This document shows positions 9,353 to 17,943 of a DNA stretch of 24,000 nt, one piece after another (position 1 is the first letter of the stretch; every line of letters begins with the position of its first letter). The stretch comes from Prochlorococcus sp. AG-402-G10. GTDB lineage: Bacteria; Cyanobacteriota; Cyanobacteriia; PCC-6307; Cyanobiaceae. A program made the translations under genes and the position numbers. The notes under the pieces are model-generated. The model searched no databases, was not told the origin of the DNA, and was given only the letters and a program-made list of their open reading frames with translations. The DNA is taken from NCBI GenBank assembly GCA_003279445.1, contig QCHT01000004.1:12870-36869 (forward strand). The letters are read 5' to 3'.

Positions 9353-10762
9353 TTGAACGAAAGGATTCCCAGAGGGCGCAAATCTTTACGATGGCGTAGG
9401 AAGAGTTCCCAAAGAGCTCTAAATTTTGATTTGCTTGGACGATTCCACAGAGCATTGAGTTGGTTATTGCCTGGACTGGTTGTAAAGCGATGGATGCTTA
9501 TCTCCGTTTTTGGTTTAATAGTGGCTTTCTTTGGCTTGATCATATGGGCAGATTTAAGGCCAATTTATTGGGGCATAGAACTAATGTTTTCTCTTATAGG
9601 GATGATGACCAAGTTTTTGCCTAGTAGTATTACTGGACCAATTTTATTGTTGACTGGAATTGCCCTTTTGATTTGGGGCCAGAATAGAAGCTTTAAATCA
9701 ATTCAAAAAGCAGTTGCCCCTGAAAAAGATGACATTCTGATCAACGCTTTACGGGCTAAAAGTAGATTGAATCGAGGACCTAATATTGTTGCTATTGGTG
9801 GTGGGACAGGACTTTCGACGCTTCTTATGGGATTAAAAAGATATAGCAATCGAATTACTGCAATTGTGACTGTTGCTGATGATGGAGGAAGTAGCGGAAT
9901 TTTAAGGCGAGAACTTGGAGTGCAACCACCTGGAGATATTAGAAATTGTCTAGCAGCTCTTGCTACTGAAGAATCTTTGATAACTCGTCTCTTTCAATAT
10001 CGATTTTCTTCTGGGACAGGATTGGTTGGACATAGTTTTGGGAACCTTTTCTTGTCTGCATTAACTTCGATTACTGGGAATCTTGAAGCAGCGATTACTG
10101 CTTCAAGTCGTGTTCTGGATGTGCGAGGACAAGTTGTTCCTGCAACTAATGTTGATGTTCGTTTGTGGGCAGAACTTCAGAATGGAGATCGAATTGAAGG
10201 CGAGTCTGCAATCAGTGAGGTTCAGCACCCAATTGTTCGAATTGGATGTTTACCTGAAAAGCCTCCTGCGTTGCCTAGCGCTATTGAGGCCATTGAAAAT
10301 GCTGAATTGATTGTGCTAGGTCCAGGGAGTCTTTATACATCTATTTTGCCAAATTTGTTGATCCCACAGATTTTGGAAGCAATTCAAAGAAGCAAAGCGA
10401 CTAAGCTTTATATCTGTAATTTAATGACTCAACCTGGAGAAACTGATGGCCTTGACGTGTCAGGACATGTTAGGGCTATTGAGGCACAGCTAGCTATCTT
10501 TGGTATTACAAAAAAAATTTTCAATATAATCATTGCTCAGAAGGACTTCCCTCCTTCAGGGTTGCTGGATTATTACCTGTCTAGAGGCGCTGAGCCAGTT
10601 AAATGTGATGTTAGTAGTCTTACCGCTAAAGGGTATAAAGTTTTCAAGGAATCACTTCAATCATTTAGACAAACAACCTCTTGGTCAGTTTTAAGACATG
10701 ACCCTAAAAGATTATCTTTGGCTGTTATGCGAGCATTTAAGAATGATAGAAGAGATATTTAA
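9353..10762 (+). CDS. YvcK/CofD-family (UPF0052, gluconeogenesis-factor-like) protein with an N-terminal membrane anchor
   Basis: Family motifs are [32 protein letters not shown] and [14 protein letters not shown]. Hydrophobic segments at residues ~48-110 precede the domain. The start is uncertain. The track start at 9353 is TTG, and the first in-frame ATG is at 9494 (MLISVFGL...). Confidence 0.85.
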   Translation: MNERIPRGRKSLRWRRKSSQRALNFDLLGRFHRALSWLLPGLVVKRWMLISVFGLIVAFFGLIIWADLRPIYWGIELMFSLIGMMTKFLPSSITGPILLLTGIALLIWGQNRSFKSIQKAVAPEKDDILINALRAKSRLNRGPNIVAIGGGTGLSTLLMGLKRYSNRITAIVTVADDGGSSGILRRELGVQPPGDIRNCLAALATEESLITRLFQYRFSSGTGLVGHSFGNLFLSALTSITGNLEAAITASSRVLDVRGQVVPATNVDVRLWAELQNGDRIEGESAISEVQHPIVRIGCLPEKPPALPSAIEAIENAELIVLGPGSLYTSILPNLLIPQILEAIQRSKATKLYICNLMTQPGETDGLDVSGHVRAIEAQLAIFGITKKIFNIIIAQKDFPPSGLLDYYLSRGAEPVKCDVSSLTAKGYKVFKESLQSFRQTTSWSVLRHDPKRLSLAVMRAFKNDRRDI

Positions 10763-11304
10763 TAAGCATCTTGCATTTCGTAAAAGTCAGGTTGAACATA
10801 GTCCTTTCTTAATGGCCACCCTTTCCAATCTTCTGGCATTAATAATCTTTTAGGATGAGGGTGTCCAACAAAATTAACACCAAACATGTCGTACGTTTCT
10901 CTTTCTTGCCAGTCAGAACCTTGGAAAACTTTGTAAAGAGATGGGACTTTTAGATCACCCTCCCTGTCTAGATAAACCTTTAAGCGAACTTCATTTGGCT
11001 TCGAGCCTTTCTTATACTCTTTAATTTCTATTAGATGGTAGAAACAAACTATTTTCTTGCCTGGCCCCTCATCATAGCCTCCTTGGCATTCTAAGTAATT
11101 AAATCCATGACTCTTTAAGCTTGAAACAATTTCTATTAGTAAATCAGGAACTACATTGATAATTTCAATTCCAATATGATCAGGTTTATTAACCGTATGA
11201 GCTAAGCCTTCATCGCAAAGTAATTGACTTATTGGCCCTCTTTGAGGAGTTGTTTCTTTTTCGACTCGCTTGTCTTGATTCAGCTCGCTTTGATTTTCAC
11301 TCAT
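10759..11304 (-). CDS. ndhJ: NAD(P)H-quinone oxidoreductase (NDH-1) subunit J
   Basis: 181-aa ORF with NdhJ/NuoC signatures ([26 protein letters not shown]). It is the last gene of the ndhC-K-J arrangement. Confidence 0.96.
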   Translation of the reverse strand: MSENQSELNQDKRVEKETTPQRGPISQLLCDEGLAHTVNKPDHIGIEIINVVPDLLIEIVSSLKSHGFNYLECQGGYDEGPGKKIVCFYHLIEIKEYKKGSKPNEVRLKVYLDREGDLKVPSLYKVFQGSDWQERETYDMFGVNFVGHPHPKRLLMPEDWKGWPLRKDYVQPDFYEMQDAY

Positions 11305-11315
11305 GAGATAAATAA

Positions 11316-12035
11316 TTAGTTAGCGATAGTTTCTTTAATTAGTTTTTCTGATTTGATTTTTACTTCTTTACCAGCTTGTAATGCTGCTTTTTGACTTTCA
11401 GCATTTAAGTAAGAACCAGTTACTAATGGATCAATTCTTTTCATCTTATGAGAAATAGTGAAGTAGCGATGCCTAGGGGCTATTTTCTCACGCTCGGAAA
11501 ATGATTCATTTCCTACTTTTTTCCTAAGTTTGATGACTGCGTCGAAAATTGCTTCTGGTCTAGGCGGGCATCCAGGTAAATACAAATCAACAGGTATGAG
11601 TTTATCTACTCCACGAACAGCTGTGGTTGAGTCAGCGCTAAACATACCACCAGTAATGGTGCAAGCACCCATTGCAATTACATATTTAGGGTCTGGCATT
11701 TGTTCATAAAGTCTCACTAGAGCAGGAGCCATTTTCATGGTTACAGTTCCCGCAACTATTAAAAGGTCAGCTTGCCTGGGAGAGCTTCTTGGAACAAGTC
11801 CAAAACGATCAAAATCAAATCGAGAACCAATTAATGCTGCAAATTCAATAAAACAACAAGCAGTTCCATATAAAAGTGGCCATAAGCTGCTTAACCTTGC
11901 CCAGTTATGCAAATCATCGAGACTAGTAAGAATAATATTTTCACTTAAATCGTTAGTAATTGTTGGTGCACCAACTGGACCGCATGTTGCTGATCTAATG
12001 TCTCGAACTGATTGTGCTGAAGAATAATTACTCAT
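11316..12035 (-). CDS. ndhK: NAD(P)H-quinone oxidoreductase (NDH-1) subunit K
   Basis: NuoB-type Fe-S cluster cysteines are present ([27 protein letters not shown]). I prefer the ATG at 12035 (MSNYSS...). It is preceded by GGAG 8 nt upstream and starts 5 nt after the ndhC stop. The longer ORF-track start at 12074 would overlap ndhC by 35 nt and has no SD. Confidence 0.93.
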   Translation of the reverse strand: MSNYSSAQSVRDIRSATCGPVGAPTITNDLSENIILTSLDDLHNWARLSSLWPLLYGTACCFIEFAALIGSRFDFDRFGLVPRSSPRQADLLIVAGTVTMKMAPALVRLYEQMPDPKYVIAMGACTITGGMFSADSTTAVRGVDKLIPVDLYLPGCPPRPEAIFDAVIKLRKKVGNESFSEREKIAPRHRYFTISHKMKRIDPLVTGSYLNAESQKAALQAGKEVKIKSEKLIKETIAN

Positions 12036-12039
12036 AGAC

Positions 12040-12402
12040 CTAACTCCATTCAAGTGCACCTTTGCGCCATGCATATGCTAGTGCAACTATAAGAATTGAA
12101 ATGAAAATAAGTGCTTCTATGAATGCTAGTAAACCAAGTTTGTGAAATGCAACTGCCCATGGATAAAGAAACACTGTTTCTACGTCGAAAATAACGAATA
12201 CAAGTGCAAACATGTAATACCTGATATTAAATTGAATCCATGCTCCCCCAATTGGTTCCATGCCAGATTCGTAAGTTAATTCTCTTTCCCCAGGTTTGCT
12301 TTTTGGAGAAATTAGTTTATTTGTGACGAGAGCAAGAACTGGAACTGCAGCTGATATCAATAGAAAACCAAGGAATGCGTCGTAACCCTCAAGAGTAAAC
12401 AT
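12040..12402 (-). CDS. ndhC: NAD(P)H-quinone oxidoreductase (NDH-1) subunit 3 (NdhC)
   Basis: 120-aa protein with three TM helices and the NuoA/NdhC motif [15 protein letters not shown]. Confidence 0.96.
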   Translation of the reverse strand: MFTLEGYDAFLGFLLISAAVPVLALVTNKLISPKSKPGERELTYESGMEPIGGAWIQFNIRYYMFALVFVIFDVETVFLYPWAVAFHKLGLLAFIEALIFISILIVALAYAWRKGALEWS

Positions 12403-12472
12403 GATGCATTAAATACTTGATTATTAGTTTGGCACCCACTTAAGCGCACTTTCCTCGATAGAGTTAGGTTGT

Positions 12473-12919
12473 GTGAAACTGCAAACGGTGAGAGATGAAC
12501 AAAAACCTGCATTAGATGAGACAAATGCCAATGAATCTGGCAATAGTCCTATTGATGCAGAGAAAAAATTAGATCTGAAACTTCAAGACCTAGAGGAGGA
12601 TCTCAGCCAAAATAGGTTTGAATGCAGAGGATGTGGTTATGTTTATGACCCTAATGAGGGACTGCGCAAATATAAAATACCTCCAGGAACTCCTTTTTTG
12701 GAAATAGATCAAGAAACCTTCCGTTGCCCTGTTTGCAGAGCACGATATGGTGCTTACAAGGATATAGGGGCTAAATTTGTGCCTACTGATGGCTTTGAAG
12801 ATAATGTTGTTTATGGATTTGGATTTAATACTCTTCCCCCAGGTCAAAAAAATGTCCTTATTTTTGGCGGCTTAGCCTTTGCCGCTGCTTGTTTTTTATC
12901 CCTTTACTCCTTGCATTAA
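12473..12919 (+). CDS. rubA: Membrane-anchored rubredoxin (RubA), a photosystem II-associated protein
   Basis: Two CxxC knuckles ([11 protein letters not shown] and FRCPVCRA) and a C-terminal TM helix ([18 protein letters not shown]). The position directly upstream of ycf48-psbEFLJ is the conserved cyanobacterial arrangement. The start is non-ATG (GTG 12473; alternatives TTG 12470 and GTG 12488). Confidence 0.9.
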   Translation: MKLQTVRDEQKPALDETNANESGNSPIDAEKKLDLKLQDLEEDLSQNRFECRGCGYVYDPNEGLRKYKIPPGTPFLEIDQETFRCPVCRARYGAYKDIGAKFVPTDGFEDNVVYGFGFNTLPPGQKNVLIFGGLAFAAACFLSLYSLH

Positions 12920-12926
12920 GCTTTTC

Positions 12927-13946
12927 ATGAATCGCTTCATCAACTATTCAGTTAATTTAATTTTAATTCTTTCGCTTGGTTTTACCTTGACCGGGTGTGT
13001 GACAACTACTCGTTTACCAGTTGAGCCAAATAGTCCTTGGGAGGAAATTCAATTAGCAAGTGATGACAACCCTCTTGATATAGCATTTGTGAATGAAAAC
13101 CATGGTTTTTTAGTCGGAGCAAATAGGTTAATTCTTGAAACAAATGATGGAGGCTTGACTTGGCAAGAGAGGAGCTTGGATCTACCTAGTGAGGAGAATT
13201 TCAGATTGATTAGCATTGACTTTAAAGAAGATGAAGGTTGGATTGTTGGCCAACCTAGTCTTGTTATGCATACTGAAGATGCAGGGCAGAATTGGACGCG
13301 TTTATCGCTAGGTAATCAATTGCCTGGCGATCCATATCTGATAACAACTCTTGATAAAAATTCAGCGGAATTAGCTACTACTGCAGGTGCGGTATATAGA
13401 ACAAATGACGCAGGCCAAAATTGGGAAGGGAGGGTTGCAGAAGCCTCAGGGGGTGTTCGAGACTTGCGTAGAAGAAAAGATGGTACTTATGTAAGTGTAA
13501 GTAGTTTAGGTAACTTCTTTGTAACTTTAGATAGTGGAGATCAAGCCTGGCAGTCTCATCAGAGAGCAAGTAGTAAAAGAGTCCAAACCTTAGGCTTTAA
13601 ACCCGATGGGCAATTATGGATGCTTTCAAGAGGAGCAGAGATCCGTCTTAATGACCAAGCTGGTGATTATGAAAGTTGGTCTAAGCCAATAATTCCTTTA
13701 GTCAATGGATACAACTATATGGATATGGCATGGGACCCTAATGGTGGGATTTGGGCTGGTGGTGGAAATGGAACTCTTTTAATTAGTAAAGATGATGGAA
13801 AAACTTGGGAAAAAGATCCAATTGGTTACGCAACTCCAACAAATTTCATTCGAATACTTTTTCTAGAAAATTCTTCAGGTAATTTCCCTAAAGGCTTTGC
13901 CTTAGGGGAAAGAGGACATGTTTTACGCTGGATTGGATACTCATAA
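12927..13946 (+). CDS. ycf48: Photosystem II assembly factor Ycf48/HCF136 (beta-propeller lipoprotein)
   Basis: Starting at ATG 12927 gives a lipoprotein signal peptide with a lipobox ([24 protein letters not shown]). Propeller blade motifs recur ([36 protein letters not shown]). The track start at 12879 would overlap rubA by 41 nt and adds a non-signal-like extension. Confidence 0.93.
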   Translation: MNRFINYSVNLILILSLGFTLTGCVTTTRLPVEPNSPWEEIQLASDDNPLDIAFVNENHGFLVGANRLILETNDGGLTWQERSLDLPSEENFRLISIDFKEDEGWIVGQPSLVMHTEDAGQNWTRLSLGNQLPGDPYLITTLDKNSAELATTAGAVYRTNDAGQNWEGRVAEASGGVRDLRRRKDGTYVSVSSLGNFFVTLDSGDQAWQSHQRASSKRVQTLGFKPDGQLWMLSRGAEIRLNDQAGDYESWSKPIIPLVNGYNYMDMAWDPNGGIWAGGGNGTLLISKDDGKTWEKDPIGYATPTNFIRILFLENSSGNFPKGFALGERGHVLRWIGYS

Positions 13947-14045
13947 ATGGCTTTTAATGCACAACGCTCTGTAACCATGCTGATACACCTGCCCAAACTT
14001 TTAGATAGACCCTTGTAGGATCAGGCAGATAATACGCGTGAGGCT

Positions 14046-14294
14046 ATGGCTGCCGGCTCCACCGGGGAACGCCCGTTTTTTGAGATCATTACCAGTGTCC
14101 GTTATTGGATTATCCATGCCGTGACTCTGCCTGCGATCTTTATTGCAGGATTCTTATTTGTGTCTACAGGACTTGCCTATGACGCATTTGGAACTCCTAG
14201 ACCAGATTCCTATTTTCAGGCTTCTGAAACTAAGGCACCAGTAGTGTCACAACGCTTTGAATCCAAAGCTCAACTTGACCTGCGCCTGAAATAA
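14046..14294 (+). CDS. psbE: Cytochrome b559 alpha subunit
   Basis: 82-aa [42 protein letters not shown]... with the heme-ligating His in RYWIIH. Confidence 0.98.
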   Translation: MAAGSTGERPFFEIITSVRYWIIHAVTLPAIFIAGFLFVSTGLAYDAFGTPRPDSYFQASETKAPVVSQRFESKAQLDLRLK

Positions 14295-14297
14295 CCA

Positions 14298-14444
14298 ATG
14301 ACAAACTCTTCTTCTCCATTACAGGCTGTTGAAGTCCGCACCTATCCAATTTTTACGGTGCGATGGCTTGCAGTTCATGCACTTGCTATCCCAACAGTAT
14401 TTTTCTTGGGTGCTATTGCGGCAATGCAGTTCATCCGTCGTTGA
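14298..14444 (+). CDS. psbF: Cytochrome b559 beta subunit
   Basis: Not in the ORF track. Hand translation from ATG 14298 gives [48 protein letters not shown] (48 aa). It contains the canonical [11 protein letters not shown] heme-ligand region and starts 3 nt after the psbE stop. Confidence 0.95.
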
Positions 14445-14465
14445 TTTACGACTTATTTTTTAGCC

Positions 14466-14585
14466 ATGCAAGTTACTCCAAATCCAAACAAGCTTTCGGT
14501 TGAGCTGAACCGAACAAGCCTTTATTTAGGGCTTTTGCTTGTTTTTGTTCTCGGGATTTTGTTCTCAAGCTATTTCTTTAATTAA
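14466..14585 (+). CDS. psbL: Photosystem II protein L
   Basis: Not in the ORF track. Hand translation from ATG 14466 gives [39 protein letters not shown] (39 aa), a near-canonical PsbL. Confidence 0.95.
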   Translation: MQVTPNPNKLSVELNRTSLYLGLLLVFVLGILFSSYFFN

Positions 14586-14599
14586 AATCTTTTTTAATC

Positions 14600-14794
14600 A
14601 TGAGCAAACTAAAGGGACCTGATGGTCGTCTACCTGACAGACTTCCTGATGGACGTCCAGCTGTTTCTTGGGAACGTCGTTGGACTGAGGGGCAGTTGCC
14701 GTTGTGGTTAGTTGCCACTGCTGGTGGTATTGCAGTTATTTTTGTTTTAGGAATCTTCTTCTATGGTTCTTATACAGGTGTTGGGTCAGCTTGA
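14600..14794 (+). CDS. psbJ: Photosystem II protein J with an N-terminal extension
   Basis: The C-terminal 40 aa ([35 protein letters not shown]) is canonical PsbJ. About 25 extra N-terminal residues precede it. It is the last gene of psbEFLJ. Confidence 0.93.
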   Translation: MSKLKGPDGRLPDRLPDGRPAVSWERRWTEGQLPLWLVATAGGIAVIFVLGIFFYGSYTGVGSA

Positions 14795-14806
14795 TTCCCT
14801 AAGCTG
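14787..14806 (+). terminator. Candidate weak hairpin at the end of psbEFLJ
   Basis: CAGCTT (14787-14792) / AAGCTG (14801-14806) forms a 6-bp stem with an 8-nt loop that overlaps the psbJ stop codon, followed by GCTTTAAAAAC. There is no real U-tract, so this is low confidence. Confidence 0.2.
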
Positions 14807-14821
14807 GCTTTAAAAACTAGT

Positions 14822-15766
14822 TTATTTATTGAACTTACCCCAGTAATGTTCAGTAAATAGGTTTATTTTTTGACGAGTTGTTGTTGATACTTTTTCCTTG
14901 GAAGTCATAAGACTATTCTTGAGAGCTTTGTGAGCCTCGCTTTGAGGTCTCATACAGGATATGCGTCTTGCTATAGCCTTTATTATGTCTTTCGCTAGTT
15001 TTGAGTTAATAGAAAGATTTTCGATGACCATATCTACTGTTACATTCCCGAAACCTTCATGCCAGCAGTCATAGTCAGTAACCATTGATAGCGATGAATA
15101 AGCTATCTCTGCTTCTCTCGCTAATCTTGCTTCTGTATGGTTAGTCATACCTATTACATTGCAACCCCAGCTTCTATAGAGCCTAGATTCAGCACGAGTC
15201 GAGAATGCTGGACCTTCCATGGCAAGATATGTCCCTTCTCTGTGAAGTTGACGACCTTCAGGCATCAATTGCTCGCCTTCCTCGGCAACTAATCTTGAAA
15301 GTGTTGGGCAAAAAGGATCTGCCATTGTGACATGTGCTACTGCACCCTCACCAAAGAAGGTCAAGGGCCTTTGGTGAGTGCGGTCAATAAATTGATCTGG
15401 AACAACTAAATCTAATGGCCTTACTTGTTCTTGTAATGAACCAACTGCTGATGGAGAAAGAATCCATCGGACGTTTAGTGATCTCATGGCCCATATATTT
15501 GCTCTGTAAGGAATTTCAGTGGGGGTAAAAGTGTGATGTCTTCCATGTCGAGCTAAGAAAACTACCTCAATCCCCTCTAGATTGCCAATACGTAAACTGT
15601 CAGAAGGTTTCCCATAGGGAGTATCTATGTCCACTTCTTTTACATTCTCAAGGCTTTCTATTGAATAGAGTCCACTACCTCCTAGAACTCCCAGTCGAGC
15701 ATTCTTTAAAAAGCCGGGCTTGGAATCTTTCCCAAGAATATTTGAAGGAAAATGCTGATTGATCAT
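14822..15766 (-). CDS. mtnP: S-methyl-5'-thioadenosine phosphorylase
   Basis: 314-aa ORF of the PNP/MTAP family, with LGVLGGSGLY, VFLARHGRHH, the NVIGMT region and SLSMVTDYDCW. Confidence 0.93.
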   Translation of the reverse strand: MINQHFPSNILGKDSKPGFLKNARLGVLGGSGLYSIESLENVKEVDIDTPYGKPSDSLRIGNLEGIEVVFLARHGRHHTFTPTEIPYRANIWAMRSLNVRWILSPSAVGSLQEQVRPLDLVVPDQFIDRTHQRPLTFFGEGAVAHVTMADPFCPTLSRLVAEEGEQLMPEGRQLHREGTYLAMEGPAFSTRAESRLYRSWGCNVIGMTNHTEARLAREAEIAYSSLSMVTDYDCWHEGFGNVTVDMVIENLSINSKLAKDIIKAIARRISCMRPQSEAHKALKNSLMTSKEKVSTTTRQKINLFTEHYWGKFNK

Positions 15767-17941
15767 CTTGTATTAGCAGGGGGTGGTCATACCCATGCAC
15801 TTATTTTGTTGCGATGGGCAATGAATCCTCAATTAAGACCAAAGTGTTTAATCACTTTGATAAATCGAGAAAGCTCAACAATTTATTCAGGAATGTTTCC
15901 TGGTCTTATCTCTGGCCTTTATCAATTAGACAAGGCTTCAATAGATTTAAGATTACTTGCTGATAGAGCAGGAGTATCTTTAGTTGTCGGAGAAATTGAA
16001 ACATTAGACCTCTCTCAGAATAGATTGTTTTTGCAAAGGCGTCCTTCTATAGAATTCTCTAGATTAAGCTTGGACGTTGGGTCTGAAACTTTTGTCGATG
16101 ATTCAATTTCTCAAGTAATTAAAAATAAAAGCCTTTCAAGTCCAATTAGACCCTTTGAAAAATGTCTAAAATGGATAAATTGCTTTGATAATAGCTATAT
16201 AGAAGAAAAGCATGATCCTTTTACAGTTATTGGATCAGGTCTTGCTGCTCTGGAAATGGTCTTTGCACTTAGGCGAAGATGGCCCTCAAGACTATTAAGA
16301 CTGCAAGCTTACGAAGAAAAATTGAATTTAAGTTTTAGGCAGCAACTCTCTTTAGCCAAGATTCAAATCACTCATCCGAGCAGCCCTATTTTAGGCCCTG
16401 TATTACTTTGTACAGGTAGCCAAGCACCTAAGTGGTTGAAGAAGAGTGGTTTAGATGCAAATGATTTTGGAAGAGTAAAAACGAATTCAAACTTTTTGGT
16501 GCGTGGTCGTTGCGATGTATTTGCTGTAGGGGACTGTGGTTTGCTTGGCAAGAGTAAGCCTCCCCCTTCTGGTGTTTGGGCTGTGCGTGCTGCAGTCCCT
16601 TTGGCTAAAAATATTGAAAGATCTTTGTCCAAGCAATCACTCTTGTCTTGGAAACCTCAGAAATATGCTTTGCACTTAGTAGGTACTCATAGAGAGCAAA
16701 GTTCTCCTATTGCCTGGATGCTCTGGGGACCTTTTATTTTTGGACCTTGCCGTCTCTTTTGGGAATGGAAGAAGAAACTTGATAGGGGATTTATGGATAA
16801 ATTTATCAATTTTGAAGAAATGAATGAGTCGAAAGATAAGCAATTACCTTGTCGAGGCTGTGCTGCAAAAATGCCTTTTCAGCCTTTGCAAAAGGCTTTG
16901 AGAGAAGCTGAACTTTCAGTGCTAAGTGATTATCCAGAGGATGCGGCGCTTGTTAGAACTTCTCAAGATGAGGGCTTGTGGCTCCAAAGTGTTGATGGGT
17001 TCCCTGCTTTAGTAAGTGATCCTTGGCTAAATGCTCGGCTAACTACTTTACATGCATGCTCGGATATTTGGGCTAGGGGCGCTTATGTTTCTTCTGCTCA
17101 ACCTGTTATTACTATTCCATCAGTTGGTGGATTTCTCCAGAAAGAAATTTTGACTCAATGCCTTTTAGGAATTAAATCGGCATTAAAACCTCAAGGAGCT
17201 GAATTGATAGGTGGTCACACTTATGAGTCCAGATCTGCTCTAGATCAAAATATTAATTTAGGGATTCAAATCTCTCTTTCCATTAATGGATTTCTACATT
17301 CAGATTGTGCACCTTGGAGTAAAGGTGGACTTAAACCTGGCGATTCTATTCTTTTAAGCAGAGGGATTGGCAGTGGTGTGATTTTTGCTGCTGCAATGCA
17401 AGGAACATCTTCTGTTAGTTATGTGGATAGTGCATTGTTAACGCTTTCTGAGAGTCAACACGAACTGATTGAAAAGCTTCAAAGAAAAGTTATTGAAACA
17501 TCAAACCCAAATTTGATTCATGCGTGCACAGATGTAACAGGTTTTGGTTTGATTGGCCACTTAAGTGAAATGATTAATGCTACTAATTTAACAAGACTGA
17601 AAGCAAAATTGCCCTTAATTAAAGTTGATATTTTTGGAGAAGCTATCCCAACGTTTAGAGGTGTAAAAAGTCTTCTTGAAAAGGGATTTGAAAGTACACT
17701 TTCACCTTCTAATAAAAGTTTTTTAAATCTATTAAATTCAAAAAATAAATCTTCAGGATATATAAATTTAATTGGGCATAATGAATACCAAGATAATCAT
17801 GAAATAGAGCTTATTAAGAGACTATTGGTAGACCCTCAAACATGTGGTCCATTAATGATTGCTTGTGATCCAGATGATGCAGAAGGACTTATTAAAGATT
17901 CATCTTGGCATCAAATTGGATTAGTTGATCTTGTCCAATAA
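15752..17941 (+). CDS. selD: Bifunctional FAD-dependent pyridine nucleotide-disulfide oxidoreductase (NDH-2-like) / selenide, water dikinase (SelD) fusion
   Basis: Uninterrupted 729-aa ORF. The N-terminal half has LVLAGGGHTHA (res 6-16), FTVIGSGLAALE (res 157-168) and VFAVGDCG (res 256-263). The C-terminal half starts with the SelD Cys/Lys loop LPCRGCAAKM (DNA 16844-16873) and carries AIR-synthase-like domains (DGFPALVSDPW, ELIGGHT, CTDVTGFGLIGHL). Confidence 0.9.
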   Translation: MLIDHLVLAGGGHTHALILLRWAMNPQLRPKCLITLINRESSTIYSGMFPGLISGLYQLDKASIDLRLLADRAGVSLVVGEIETLDLSQNRLFLQRRPSIEFSRLSLDVGSETFVDDSISQVIKNKSLSSPIRPFEKCLKWINCFDNSYIEEKHDPFTVIGSGLAALEMVFALRRRWPSRLLRLQAYEEKLNLSFRQQLSLAKIQITHPSSPILGPVLLCTGSQAPKWLKKSGLDANDFGRVKTNSNFLVRGRCDVFAVGDCGLLGKSKPPPSGVWAVRAAVPLAKNIERSLSKQSLLSWKPQKYALHLVGTHREQSSPIAWMLWGPFIFGPCRLFWEWKKKLDRGFMDKFINFEEMNESKDKQLPCRGCAAKMPFQPLQKALREAELSVLSDYPEDAALVRTSQDEGLWLQSVDGFPALVSDPWLNARLTTLHACSDIWARGAYVSSAQPVITIPSVGGFLQKEILTQCLLGIKSALKPQGAELIGGHTYESRSALDQNINLGIQISLSINGFLHSDCAPWSKGGLKPGDSILLSRGIGSGVIFAAAMQGTSSVSYVDSALLTLSESQHELIEKLQRKVIETSNPNLIHACTDVTGFGLIGHLSEMINATNLTRLKAKLPLIKVDIFGEAIPTFRGVKSLLEKGFESTLSPSNKSFLNLLNSKNKSSGYINLIGHNEYQDNHEIELIKRLLVDPQTCGPLMIACDPDDAEGLIKDSSWHQIGLVDLVQ

Positions 17942-17943
17942 GT

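Noticed and set aside
11316-12074. Longer N-terminal versions of ndhK (start 12074, overlapping ndhC by 35 nt) and ycf48 (start 12879, overlapping rubA by 41 nt), as given in the ORF track
   Set aside because: The downstream ATGs fit better. ndhK ATG 12035 has a GGAG 8 nt upstream and follows the ndhC stop. ycf48 ATG 12927 yields a textbook lipoprotein signal peptide. The longer forms cannot be formally excluded without N-terminal data.
13947-14018. 23-codon ORF (MAFNAQRSVTMLIHLPKLLDRPL*) whose ATG directly abuts the ycf48 stop (TAAATG)
   Set aside because: It has no SD, no resemblance to any known small PSII subunit, and lies where the psbE promoter should be. It is most likely chance. It would need conservation or ribosome-profiling evidence.
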